Both the position numbers and the translations under genes were made by a program. From an uncultured bacterium (GTDB taxonomy: Bacteria; Zixibacteria; MSB-5A5; UBA10806): 64,000 nt of DNA. The stretch covers positions 32,001-96,000 of the forward strand of contig CBEUCH010000001.1 of the NCBI GenBank assembly GCA_965541585.1, read 5' to 3'. How positions within the stretch are numbered: the first letter of the stretch is position 1; each line of letters opens with the position of its first letter. Below are positions 8,775 through 18,693 of this stretch, one piece after another. The notes beneath the pieces were generated by a model. That model was not told where the DNA came from, did not search any database, and saw nothing but the letters and a program-made list of their open reading frames with translations.

Positions 8775-9890
8775 ATGAAGATAATTCATACATCAGCGGT
8801 CCACTTTGGGAGACCGTTCACAGATCCCGGAATGCCCGGCGATAAACTGAGGGCCGGGATAAAGTCTATTTTCTCAAAAATCATCGACATAGCTAATGAG
8901 GAATCGGCTGAACTGCTGATATTGGCCGGAGATACATTCGATAATTTGAATGTCTCCCAAAATCTGCTGGATTTCTTTATCAGCGAGGTTAAACGGTTGA
9001 ATAAGACTCGTGTGGCAGTTCTACCCGGATCTCAGGACCGATACGAAAAGGGAAGCTTCTGGGAGCAATGGAGGATACTCCAGCCGGCGGAGAATCTCTA
9101 TATTCTGGGCGATCCTGAGAAGCTGTACGTTGAGATTCCCGAGATTTCTGTTACCGTTTACGGTTATTCGCCAGCGAGCGATGATAAGGCCGATGATATT
9201 CCGGGACAGCTGAAAATCATCGATGGATCTGATTTTCATATAGCGGTTTTATATGGTCATCTGAACTCAGATCCAGATCAGAATCAAAGCGAATTCCCAT
9301 TGAGCTATGATAAGCTGGCATCTATCCCATTTGACTATATTGCATTTGGCGGCCAACCGGAGTTTCGGAGTTTCGTGGACGTCGGCTTGCGGGCCGCTTA
9401 TGCCGGTTCACCTGTGGTGCTATCGCCGGAATGGAAAGATGCCGGTAATATTCTATCAATAGATCTGCAAAAGGACTCGCTGAATGTGGAGCCAAGGAAG
9501 GTGGATGGATTCGTCTGGAAAAAGACCGAGATTTCGATGGAAGCAATAGCCAATCTGGAAGACTTGAAGAACAGGATTATCGAGATGGCCGGACCGAACA
9601 CCTCTTTGAAGGTTACTCTCTCGGGCCTGGCGCTTCTGGAGGCCGGATTGAATCTGGATCATCTTCGAGACGAACTGGAAGATCAATTTCTTCATCTCGA
9701 GTTTATCGACCGGACCAGGGTTTTGCCGGATAACATATCCGAGGTTAAGGTTCACGAGAAAACGATATTGGGCCAATACCTGAAAGTGATGGTCGATAAA
9801 TTGAACAAGGCCTCGGGGTCTGAAAAAGAGGATCTGGAAAAATCTATGAAGATCGGATATTCGCTTTTATCGGGCAGGGAGATCTGGTAA
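8775..9890 (+). CDS. SbcD/Mre11/YhaO-like metallophosphoesterase with degenerate metal-binding motifs
   Basis: HTSAVHFG, LAGDTFD, LPGSQD, DYIAFGGQP, YAGSP and YhaO-like C-terminus; adjacent to a Rad50-like ATPase. Confidence 0.85.
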   Translation: MKIIHTSAVHFGRPFTDPGMPGDKLRAGIKSIFSKIIDIANEESAELLILAGDTFDNLNVSQNLLDFFISEVKRLNKTRVAVLPGSQDRYEKGSFWEQWRILQPAENLYILGDPEKLYVEIPEISVTVYGYSPASDDKADDIPGQLKIIDGSDFHIAVLYGHLNSDPDQNQSEFPLSYDKLASIPFDYIAFGGQPEFRSFVDVGLRAAYAGSPVVLSPEWKDAGNILSIDLQKDSLNVEPRKVDGFVWKKTEISMEAIANLEDLKNRIIEMAGPNTSLKVTLSGLALLEAGLNLDHLRDELEDQFLHLEFIDRTRVLPDNISEVKVHEKTILGQYLKVMVDKLNKASGSEKEDLEKSMKIGYSLLSGREIW

Positions 9891-9891
9891 A

Positions 9892-12009
9892 ATGCAGATC
9901 TCTCATATCATATTAAAGGATTTCGGCCGGTTTGGAGACTTCTCGTGTGATTTCTCACCCGGTTTGAATCTCATCAAAGGCCCCAACGAAGCCGGCAAAT
10001 CAACCCTGGCCGAGGCCATAACGGCGGTACTCTTCGTGGACCCGGCGTCGAGGGGTGAAAAAATCCCGAGGGCCGTCAACTGGGGGGGCAGCCACGGCCC
10101 GGTAATAGAAGCGGTTTTAGATGTCGATGGCAGTTCATTCAAGCTGACCAAAGATTTCGGGCAGGGTATCGTGGAGATGTCAAAAGAGAACGAAGCGGTA
10201 TCATCGGGCGAAACCGGGACCATTAATACCTGGGTATCTGATAAACTCGGAATACCTTCCCCGGAAATCTTCAAGGCCACGGCCTGCATTGGCCAGGGAG
10301 AGATAAGCCATATTGATGATTCCATTGAAGCGATTAAGGATAAACTGGAATCGCTGGTTACCGGAGGCAGGGAAGAAATGGCCGCCTCTATTACGGTCAA
10401 GAAAATTCGCGAGAGAATGAATCAGATTGCCGGGGAAGATGGCCAATCCGGGGGAGAAATCGGAGGAATCAAGGCGCTCGTTGATGAACTCGGCTATAAT
10501 GTCGATAGGCTTCAACGCGATATTGCGAGCCTGGGAGAGAAAAGAGCCGATCTGATACAGATGGAGACTACTTTCAGAAACGTAGCCGAGGACCTGTCAT
10601 CAAGTAAAGAAAAACACAAGCTTGGTTCAGAAGCCTGTGAATATGAAAAGAGAGTCTCAGCACAGGCTTCGGAGTTTGACCAACTCGATAAGAGAATAAA
10701 GCGGGCCGGAGAGGCGAAGGAGAAAATCGAGTCATTGAAATCCGAACGATCACAATTTATGAAGATAACCCGGGATGAGATAGTCGATATCGAGCAGATT
10801 GAAAGCAGCCTGAATCACCTGTCAGCCAAATATGCCGAGCTGGAGGAAGAAGCTTTAGAGACAGAAGGAGATTTAACCGGGTATAAGACTGGCGGGATCC
10901 ATGACGTACCGTCCCTGGTAGGGTTATTGTCCAGCGGTCTTTTTGCTATTTCACATTCTCAGGGTTTTTTCCCCGAATTCTATCCTCATTTGTGGTATGC
11001 GCTTGGCGGATCTCTTGCGCTTTTAATGCTCGGCCTTTCGATTATGATCTCAAGAAGGCAACATCGCACCTTTCTATCGAAGAGGTACGATAAGCTTGCC
11101 GGTAAGCTTGATAGTCTGAAAGGAGATATTGAGAGCCGGAAGAACAGGCTGTCCGAAAAGCTTCAGCAGTTTTCAGTATCTACTGTGGAAGAGTTGAAAA
11201 GGAGCCTCTGGGGGTTAGAAGAGAATGAAAAGCGAATCGAAAAGGAGACATCGTATTATAATGAGATACTCAGCGGCCAAACCCTCGCCGATTTGCAGAA
11301 GCAGCATAGCGATCTGAGTCAGCAGTTGGAAGCTGCATCCAAGGAGAAAGAGAGATTATCGCAATATATGACTGACTCTGCAGATCTCGAGAGGCAAAAG
11401 CTGGTGATCAATGAATTCGAGGAGAGGGTTAAGGATCTGGAGCGCGAGCGAGTTATTCTCCTTCAGCAGATCGAGACCGCGGAGGGGGGATCGGAGCTTT
11501 TGGCAAGCTACCTCGAGCGTAGCGAAAGGACGAAAAACAGAATGGAGGTCCTGAAGCGCGAGCTGGCCATTCTTGAACTGACCGCCCAGTGTATTGAGGA
11601 AGCCCGCTATAATGTTCTGGTCTCGAAGCTGGATGTTTTAAATAAGCAGACATCAAAAATCCTCGACGACCTGACATCGGGCCGTTATTCGAGAGTGCGT
11701 TTCGATAGATCGAATCTGAAATTTGAAGTCTGGTCAGATGATAAGGGCGAGTGGCTTTATCCGGAGAAATGGCTCTCGGCCGGCACAATGGACCAGATAT
11801 ATCTGGCTGCCCGTCTGGCCCTTGCCGATATAGTCTCGGAGGAAAAGAACTCAATATTGATACTGGATGATCCCTTCGCCAGCTACGATGAAAAGCGGTT
11901 GGAGAACGCTATGAAGGTCATAAAGGAACTTTCGGCAAACCATCAGATTTTGCTCCTCACCAGCCAGGACCATTACGATAAATGGGCTGACTCAACCATC
12001 AATTTGTAA
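9892..12009 (+). CDS. SbcC/Rad50/YhaN-like coiled-coil ATPase with two central TM segments
   Basis: Walker A GPNEAGKST, signature LSAGT, Walker B ILILDDPF, long coiled coils. Confidence 0.88.
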   Translation: MQISHIILKDFGRFGDFSCDFSPGLNLIKGPNEAGKSTLAEAITAVLFVDPASRGEKIPRAVNWGGSHGPVIEAVLDVDGSSFKLTKDFGQGIVEMSKENEAVSSGETGTINTWVSDKLGIPSPEIFKATACIGQGEISHIDDSIEAIKDKLESLVTGGREEMAASITVKKIRERMNQIAGEDGQSGGEIGGIKALVDELGYNVDRLQRDIASLGEKRADLIQMETTFRNVAEDLSSSKEKHKLGSEACEYEKRVSAQASEFDQLDKRIKRAGEAKEKIESLKSERSQFMKITRDEIVDIEQIESSLNHLSAKYAELEEEALETEGDLTGYKTGGIHDVPSLVGLLSSGLFAISHSQGFFPEFYPHLWYALGGSLALLMLGLSIMISRRQHRTFLSKRYDKLAGKLDSLKGDIESRKNRLSEKLQQFSVSTVEELKRSLWGLEENEKRIEKETSYYNEILSGQTLADLQKQHSDLSQQLEAASKEKERLSQYMTDSADLERQKLVINEFEERVKDLERERVILLQQIETAEGGSELLASYLERSERTKNRMEVLKRELAILELTAQCIEEARYNVLVSKLDVLNKQTSKILDDLTSGRYSRVRFDRSNLKFEVWSDDKGEWLYPEKWLSAGTMDQIYLAARLALADIVSEEKNSILILDDPFASYDEKRLENAMKVIKELSANHQILLLTSQDHYDKWADSTINL

Positions 12010-12105
12010 ATCCCATCGATTTAGTATAATTTTTGCCTCGAACCGGCTGTCGGTTTAGAATTCTCTTGATTTGTCGGTCCGGATTTCTTTTTTTCATTAT
12101 GCCAT

Positions 12106-12600
12106 ATGGATAATTTATGGGCAGCTTGGCGACGAGACTTCATATTAGGCCCTAAGAAGAAGGGTTGTGTTTTTTGCACCCGGATCAGACAAAGAGCAGA
12201 TCGTCGGAATTTGATTGTTTATAGAGGCAAGCGGAATATTATCATTATGAATAAATATCCCTACAATGCCGGGCACCTGATGGTTGTGCCGAAAGCCCAT
12301 AAGGGAAAGCTCGGTAACCTGACCTCTTCCGAATCGAATGAAATGTTTGAATTGACCAGAAGATCGGTGGAGGTTCTCGAAAAGGCAATGCCTGCAGACG
12401 GCTTCAATATCGGGCTGAACATAGGTTCCGATGCCGGGGCCGGCATAAACGACCATGTTCATGTTCATATTGTTCCCCGGTTCAAGGGAGATACCAACTT
12501 CATGACCGTGGTCGGTGAAGTCAAGGTTCAGTCTTTCTCCATGGTCGATATATACGATATGATAAAGCCCGGCTTCGATCAATTGAGGACCAGATCTTGA
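12106..12600 (+). CDS. HIT domain protein (Ap4A phosphorylase-like)
   Basis: LWAxWR, CVFC, NKYPYNAGHLMVVP, HVHVHIVPR.GDTNF. Confidence 0.92.
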   Translation: MDNLWAAWRRDFILGPKKKGCVFCTRIRQRADRRNLIVYRGKRNIIIMNKYPYNAGHLMVVPKAHKGKLGNLTSSESNEMFELTRRSVEVLEKAMPADGFNIGLNIGSDAGAGINDHVHVHIVPRFKGDTNFMTVVGEVKVQSFSMVDIYDMIKPGFDQLRTRS

Positions 12601-14195
12601 GGATTCCGAAGAAAAAAGAGCTTTTAGAGCTTCAAAAAAAATATCGCACCGATAAGAAGATCGGCGAGGTCTATGGTGTCCCGGCACGTCTTGTGGCATA
12701 CTGGCGCAGCAAAAAGAAGATAGGCCCATATTCATTTCCGAAATATGGCGAGGAGAAGATCTTAGAGCTCTGGGAAAGGTACGGGGATGATGCCAGGGCG
12801 GGCGCGGAGCTCGACATCTCGGCGGCCGGTTTCAGGCAATGGAGGCGGAAATACGGAATTAGCAGAAAGCCGTTGCAATTGAGACTGGAACAGCTCGAAT
12901 TGGGTCTCATAGATCCGGGCCGGAAGAGGAATTCCCGAAGGGAGACTGCTGTGCAGAAGATACTGGCCAGAAAGTCGGGCCTCAAGAGAGTGGAGGTCGG
13001 GCAGATAGTCAACGTGGAGCCGGACCTCGCCATGTCGCATGATAATTCTGATCTGGTAATTGATTATTTCAAGCAGATCGGAGCGCCCAGGATCTGGGAT
13101 CCGAATAAAATCATAATAGTGCTGGATCGTAGAATGCCTGCCGAATCACATGAGGCCGCCGAGGCTCAGAGGACGATCAGGGAATTTGTAAAAAAACAAA
13201 AGATCAAGAATTTCTATGACATAGGCGAGGGCGTCTGTCATCAGGTAGTGGTCGAAAAGGGTTTTATGCTGCCGGGGCAGCTTGCCACAGGGACCGACTG
13301 GCATGCCACGTCGTATGGGTGCCTGGGTGCGGTATCGACCTATGTGAGCACCTCCGAAATGGCCGCGATATGGGCCGTTGGAAAGATATGGCTGCGAATC
13401 CCACCCTCATTAAAGATTATTGTCAACGGAAGCCTGGGGCGAGGAGTCTATGCCAAAGATATTATGCTGAAATTGATTCGCGATATGTCTCCCGATGCCA
13501 CAAACTACAGAGCGCTCGAGTTTCATGGTTCGACTATTGCTGGGATGTCGGTTTCGGAACGGTTCACAATGACGATTGTCGCTATGGAGATGGGGGCCAA
13601 ATCGGCGATGGTTCCATTTGATGACATCACCGGGCGATATTTGAAAAAAATCACCAAATCCCGGCTGACGCCGATCAAATCGGACCCCGATGCAATATAT
13701 GATGATGAAGTAGAGATTGACATCAGCTATCTGACCCCGCAGGTGGGCTGTCCCGAGGGCTCCAGAGGCGTGGTGCCGGTGGAGGAAACCAGCGGCAGGA
13801 GGATCGACCATGTCGTTGTCGGATCCTGCGTAAACGGCCGAATCGACGATCTGGAGATCACCGCCAGGATTCTTCGGGGGAGAAGAATTCATCGCGATCT
13901 AAGGATGATCATAGTGCCCGGCTCGCGGAAGGTGCTGACGGAGGCTCTTGACAGGGGATATATAAAGACATTCATCGAGTCCGGCTGTCTGGTTGTAAAT
14001 CCGGGTTGCTGGCCATGTCCAGGTGCTCACTCGGGAAACATCGCGAGGGGGGAGAGAGTCCTGACCGCCGCCGGCGCCGGTTATTATCGCAGTGACGAAT
14101 CTAACAATTCCGAGGTATATCTGGCTTCTCCTGCAACTGCGGCCGCCTCCGCGCTGGAGGGGGCCATCGCCGACCCCAGAAAGTATGTCAAATGA
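12597..14195 (+). CDS. Tandem-HTH fused to LeuC/HacA-like aconitase-family large subunit, degenerate active site
   Basis: About 100-aa basic N-terminus with two HTH-like repeats, then KILA..SG, GVCHQV, GSCVNGR, NPGCWPCPG, YLASPATAAASA. Confidence 0.85.
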   Translation: MRIPKKKELLELQKKYRTDKKIGEVYGVPARLVAYWRSKKKIGPYSFPKYGEEKILELWERYGDDARAGAELDISAAGFRQWRRKYGISRKPLQLRLEQLELGLIDPGRKRNSRRETAVQKILARKSGLKRVEVGQIVNVEPDLAMSHDNSDLVIDYFKQIGAPRIWDPNKIIIVLDRRMPAESHEAAEAQRTIREFVKKQKIKNFYDIGEGVCHQVVVEKGFMLPGQLATGTDWHATSYGCLGAVSTYVSTSEMAAIWAVGKIWLRIPPSLKIIVNGSLGRGVYAKDIMLKLIRDMSPDATNYRALEFHGSTIAGMSVSERFTMTIVAMEMGAKSAMVPFDDITGRYLKKITKSRLTPIKSDPDAIYDDEVEIDISYLTPQVGCPEGSRGVVPVEETSGRRIDHVVVGSCVNGRIDDLEITARILRGRRIHRDLRMIIVPGSRKVLTEALDRGYIKTFIESGCLVVNPGCWPCPGAHSGNIARGERVLTAAGAGYYRSDESNNSEVYLASPATAAASALEGAIADPRKYVK

Positions 14196-14695
14196 AGAAA
14201 ATGATCAGGGGCCGCGTCCACCGGCTGGGGCATTATATCAGTATCCGTGACATATTTCCCGACTCGCACCTTTCGTTGACCGATCCGAGTGAGATGGCGG
14301 TACATGCGCTTGAAGGCTGCGATCCCGAGCTATCGTCGAAGATCAAAAAGGGAGATATAATTGTCGCCGGCAAGAATTTCGGGAACGGACCGCAAAGGGA
14401 ACAGGCAATCCTGGCATTGAAAGAGGCCGGTGTCGCATGTGTGGCGGCAACTTCATTCGGCCGTGTTTTTTACAGGGAGACGATAAATTCCGGGATGCCG
14501 CTGGTGGAGCAGCCTGAAGCTTATGAAAAAATCAAAAACGGCGAGACCATCGAAATTGACTTGGACGCGGGAGAAATCCACTGTAAGAAAGGGCCGCTGA
14601 AATTCGATCCCCTGCCGGATTTTATGATGAGGATGCTCGATGCCGGCGGCTTGATTCGGTATACGAAGGAAACTATAAAGAATCGACATTTATAA
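14192..14695 (+). CDS. LeuD/HacB-like small subunit, degenerate
   Basis: GDIIVAGKNFGNGPQREQA, SFGRVFYRETINSG, LDAGGL; ATGA-coupled to the large subunit. Confidence 0.85.
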   Translation: MKKMIRGRVHRLGHYISIRDIFPDSHLSLTDPSEMAVHALEGCDPELSSKIKKGDIIVAGKNFGNGPQREQAILALKEAGVACVAATSFGRVFYRETINSGMPLVEQPEAYEKIKNGETIEIDLDAGEIHCKKGPLKFDPLPDFMMRMLDAGGLIRYTKETIKNRHL

Positions 14696-15057
14696 TCTTC
14701 ACTGTCTTGTCCTGGCTTCATCCGAATGTTTTCATCATCATAATCGCAACCTTAGCACAGGCCTTAAGGAATTCGGCCGAATTCTCAGTATTGGATGATG
14801 TATGGCACAATTTCCGCGATCCCCGATGTGACAGGGCAGCCCTGGGCCGAAACCTTAGATTATCCGCTCATCAGGGCGATCTTACACGCCGGTAGTTTTT
14901 TCCAGGAAGGGCGACTATTTTTCCGGATTTTGTATTGCAGATATTCCTTCCGATTCTAAGTTGATTCCATAACCTGTATAAAACTGGAGACTTACAGAGC
15001 CTCGCGATCAGCCGCATGGTATGGCATGGGCTTTGAATAATCCCTATTGGGAGATAT

Positions 15058-17409
15058 ATGGAAATGGCGAAAGAAACGGGGAGCGCGATGGCCTTAAAAA
15101 GATTTGTGGTGCTGGCTCTGATATCGTTTTCGATAGCCACGGTAGCATCGGCGCAGATGACGCCGGAGCAGAAGAGATTATACGAAGAGTATCTAAGGGA
15201 AAGGGCCGGTGGCTCGACATCGGCCGGTATTAGCGATTTTGACCACTATATCACGCCGCCTGTTTTTTCGAACCGAGGTTTAGATCTTATAGATGAACGG
15301 GCTCCGAAGGACACGGTCGTGGTATCGCTGCCGTCATCGGCCGGTGAAATCAAGATGTTCGGTTATAACATGTTCGAGGGTTCCCCGGAGAGTTTTTCAC
15401 CCATAATGGAGGCCACGCCCCCGCCGGATTACAAGCTTGGACCGGGCGATAACGTCCTGGTTAACATCTGGGGCCGGGTCGATATGCAGCTGGAGTTGAC
15501 TATTGACCGGGAAGGCAAAGTCTTCATCCCGAAAGTAGGCGAGATTATCGCCTGGGGTCTGACCATGGAGGGTTTCAAGAAGCGTCTCCAGACTTCACTC
15601 TCCAAATACTATACCGATTATGAGCTATCAGTATCGCTGGGGAAGATCAGGCGGATTAAGATCTTCGTATACGGGGAGGTTAAGAAACCCGGAGGTTATA
15701 CGATATCGTCTCTATCCACTCTCTTCAGCGCTCTGCACATGGCGGGAGGGGCAAATGGAAACGGTAGCCTTCGCAACATCAAGCATATCAGACATAACAA
15801 AGTCGAAAATGAGATTGACCTCTACCGGTTCCTCTTGACCGGTGACAATACGCAGGATGCGGAATTGCATTCCGGCGACGTGATTTTCATACCAGTAGTG
15901 GGGCCCAAGGTGAGCATTACCGGCCAGGTGAAGAGGCCGGCGATATACGAGCTTTTTGGCGCTGAAAGACTATCCGATCTTATTGAACTGGCGGGCGGTT
16001 CTACGGCTGAGGCTCATCTGGAGATGGTCGATGTTGATCGGATCGCCGAGGACGACAACCGGATCCTGCTGACAGTAGATCTATCCGATGAACAATACGA
16101 TGATGACAATAATCTGGTTCTCTTCGATGGTGATAGAATCCGTGTTCCCTCTATGTTCGGGCTGCAGAAAAATACTGTGACCCTGGCTGGTCATGTCAAG
16201 CATCCCGGCTCTTATGAGTTAACCGATTCGATGAGGGTATCCGACCTGATCGATGGCGGAGAGCAGCTGATAAGAGATTCCTTCACCAAAAGGGCGAATC
16301 TATTCAGGACCTGGCCTGATCTGACTCGTGAAGTCTATGCCGTTGACATCGATAGGATAATTCGCGGGACAGATTCTGATAATTACCTGCTGATGGATAA
16401 AGACAGTCTTGTGGTTTATTCGCAGAGCGATATCAGGCGGCGGATGACGGTTTCAATCTCGGGCACCGTTAAGGATCCGGGAACATATGAGTACTTTCAG
16501 GGCATGAGGCTGTCGGATTTGATATTTCTGGCGGGAAACGTCCTGAAGCAAGCTTATCTCCTTCGGGCGGAGATCGCCCGCGTCGATCCCGGCAGGCCTG
16601 CGGATATGATCTTTGCAAATCTCGAAGAAGCAATCGAGGAAAAGATCGGGCCCAAAGATATCCTGCTCGAAGAGGACGATATTGTCTACATCAGATCCAT
16701 TCCCCGCTACCGAATTGGGCAGAGTGTTATAATCGAGGGGGAGGTAGAGTTTCCGGGGAGTTATGCATTAATCCAGGAAAATGAGCGGTTGCTCGATTTA
16801 TTTGAACGCTGCGGTGGATTGACACCCGATGCTTTCCTCGAGGGGATGGTCTTCAAGCGAGAATCTATAATAATGGATTTAGAAAAACATCAGGTCATAG
16901 CCATTCTCGCCTCCACCGAGGCTACGGTGCTGGACAGTCTGAATCGTCCAATACCCAAATTGACGGGGGAACTCAACATGAGCCGGGTCAACAGGATCAT
17001 CATAGATACCAACAGGCTATCCCGGAATCCTGATTCGCCCGACAACGTTGCGCTGCGCAACGGAGATTATATCTATATACCGCAGAAACCATCGGGTGTT
17101 CAGGTTCTGGGCGCGGTAGCATCATCAGGAACCATATCGTTTGAATATGATAGGAAGCCCGGATATTTCATAAACGAGGCCGGGGGATATACAGTCAATG
17201 CAAATAAGGGCCAGGTTAGGCTGGTCAAGGCGAACGGTAGGATTTTTGCCGGGAGGAGGGCCTTTAAAAGGGAGGTCGACTCCGGAGATGTCATTGTCGT
17301 GCCCTACAAGTTGAAAAAAGAGAGGGAATGGCTCCGTTCGACTGGATCGATGTTGGGAATCGTAGCATCTATCGCCACGACCGTATTCGTGATCGATAGG
17401 CTGCGTTAG
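15058..17409 (+). CDS. Polysaccharide export protein with multiple SLBB domains (Wza/KpsD-like)
   Basis: DYKLGPGD Poly_export motif and repeated VxGxVxxPGxY SLBB units; true start may be 15064 or 15088. Confidence 0.9.
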   Translation: MEMAKETGSAMALKRFVVLALISFSIATVASAQMTPEQKRLYEEYLRERAGGSTSAGISDFDHYITPPVFSNRGLDLIDERAPKDTVVVSLPSSAGEIKMFGYNMFEGSPESFSPIMEATPPPDYKLGPGDNVLVNIWGRVDMQLELTIDREGKVFIPKVGEIIAWGLTMEGFKKRLQTSLSKYYTDYELSVSLGKIRRIKIFVYGEVKKPGGYTISSLSTLFSALHMAGGANGNGSLRNIKHIRHNKVENEIDLYRFLLTGDNTQDAELHSGDVIFIPVVGPKVSITGQVKRPAIYELFGAERLSDLIELAGGSTAEAHLEMVDVDRIAEDDNRILLTVDLSDEQYDDDNNLVLFDGDRIRVPSMFGLQKNTVTLAGHVKHPGSYELTDSMRVSDLIDGGEQLIRDSFTKRANLFRTWPDLTREVYAVDIDRIIRGTDSDNYLLMDKDSLVVYSQSDIRRRMTVSISGTVKDPGTYEYFQGMRLSDLIFLAGNVLKQAYLLRAEIARVDPGRPADMIFANLEEAIEEKIGPKDILLEEDDIVYIRSIPRYRIGQSVIIEGEVEFPGSYALIQENERLLDLFERCGGLTPDAFLEGMVFKRESIIMDLEKHQVIAILASTEATVLDSLNRPIPKLTGELNMSRVNRIIIDTNRLSRNPDSPDNVALRNGDYIYIPQKPSGVQVLGAVASSGTISFEYDRKPGYFINEAGGYTVNANKGQVRLVKANGRIFAGRRAFKREVDSGDVIVVPYKLKKEREWLRSTGSMLGIVASIATTVFVIDRLR

Positions 17410-17517
17410 GGAGCGGGTGAAGCGATTGATGGATATCACAGGCAAGGAATCGTTAAGCCGAAGAAGTTAGAAGCCGGGTAGAAAATTTCGAGGGATCAAT
17501 AAAAGCAGAGGTGTGAT

Positions 17518-18693
17518 ATGCAAAGGAGACTGGTTAGAATCGCAAATGCGGTATTGGATCTTGAGCCTTATAACGCTGCGGAGGGACGATATCCGCGCCT
17601 GAACGATTTGCGCTCTGGGATTCTGAAATTGGATCGGAACGAAACGACGGTTGGGCCATCGCCGGCGACAATCGAGGCGATCAAGGATTTTATAGTCAAC
17701 CGTCCGTTGAATTGGTATCCCGATCCTGACGCTGAAGAGCTAAAAATAAAAATCTCCAAATATGTATCGCACCCGCTGGATCACATAAGCTGTTATGGCG
17801 GAACCGATATAGCCCTTGAACATATCGCCAGGACGTATCTTGAGCAAGGCACAGAGATGGTGATCAGTGCGCCAGTGTTTTCAAATGTGTGCGTTGCTGC
17901 GAAAAGTACCGGCGCCAGGGTAATCGAGGCATTTCACCCGGATCCGTTCAATCCAGGTATCGAAACCCTCGTGGACCATATCGGCCCTCGGACCAGGATG
18001 ATATACATCTCAAATCCAAACGATCCAACGGGGGCGCTCTTTAGCGAGGCCGAACTCGTATTCCTGCTGGCTTATGCTGAGAATGTGATGATCGTCGTGG
18101 ATGAGGCGTATTTCGAATACTGCGGCAGGTCGGCCATCGACCTGGTAAAGAGGTTTCCCAATCTCACGATTGTCAGATCGTTTTCACATGGTTTTGGTCT
18201 GGCGTCGCTGGGAGTCGGGTATATAGTCTCTGCTCCGGAGAATCTCGAGTTTATCCAGAGAATCAAAACGGGATACAGCATAAACAGCGTTGCTCAGATA
18301 GCTTCATTTGCGGCCTTAGAAAGCCATGATTACTCAAAAGAATATATGGTCGCAGTCGACCAATCCAGGAAAGTACTTTCTAGCAGTCTTCCTGAGATTG
18401 GATATGAGTTCCGGATGACGCCGGCGAATTTCTTCCTCCTTAAGGTTTCGGAGCCCGAAGAAACCGCTGAATCTTTAGAGCAGAATGGGATTCTGGTTCG
18501 AAATCTGACGGACACAAAACAAATGGATGGCTATTTGAGGGTAACTATCGGGACGCTCGAGCAGACGGACAGGTTGCTTCTGGTACTGAGCAGGCTTGCC
18601 GAGAAATTCGCCACCGGTTTCAATCGAAATCGCATAGTAGAAGGAGCGGCTGAATCCGTTGACAGGCTAAAGAAACCGGTCCCGGTAAAATGA
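17518..18693 (+). CDS. HisC-like class I/II aminotransferase-fold protein lacking the PLP lysine
   Basis: KLDRNE, YPDP, NPNDPTG, VVDEAY, RSFSHGFGLASLGVGY, LRVTIG. Confidence 0.85.
   Translation: MQRRLVRIANAVLDLEPYNAAEGRYPRLNDLRSGILKLDRNETTVGPSPATIEAIKDFIVNRPLNWYPDPDAEELKIKISKYVSHPLDHISCYGGTDIALEHIARTYLEQGTEMVISAPVFSNVCVAAKSTGARVIEAFHPDPFNPGIETLVDHIGPRTRMIYISNPNDPTGALFSEAELVFLLAYAENVMIVVDEAYFEYCGRSAIDLVKRFPNLTIVRSFSHGFGLASLGVGYIVSAPENLEFIQRIKTGYSINSVAQIASFAALESHDYSKEYMVAVDQSRKVLSSSLPEIGYEFRMTPANFFLLKVSEPEETAESLEQNGILVRNLTDTKQMDGYLRVTIGTLEQTDRLLLVLSRLAEKFATGFNRNRIVEGAAESVDRLKKPVPVK

Noticed and set aside
12597..14695. Annotation as functional leuC/leuD
   Set aside because: Catalytic and substrate-binding motifs are substituted and no pathway genes are adjacent, so gene symbols were withheld
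17518..18693. Annotation as hisC
   Set aside because: PLP lysine absent and no his operon context
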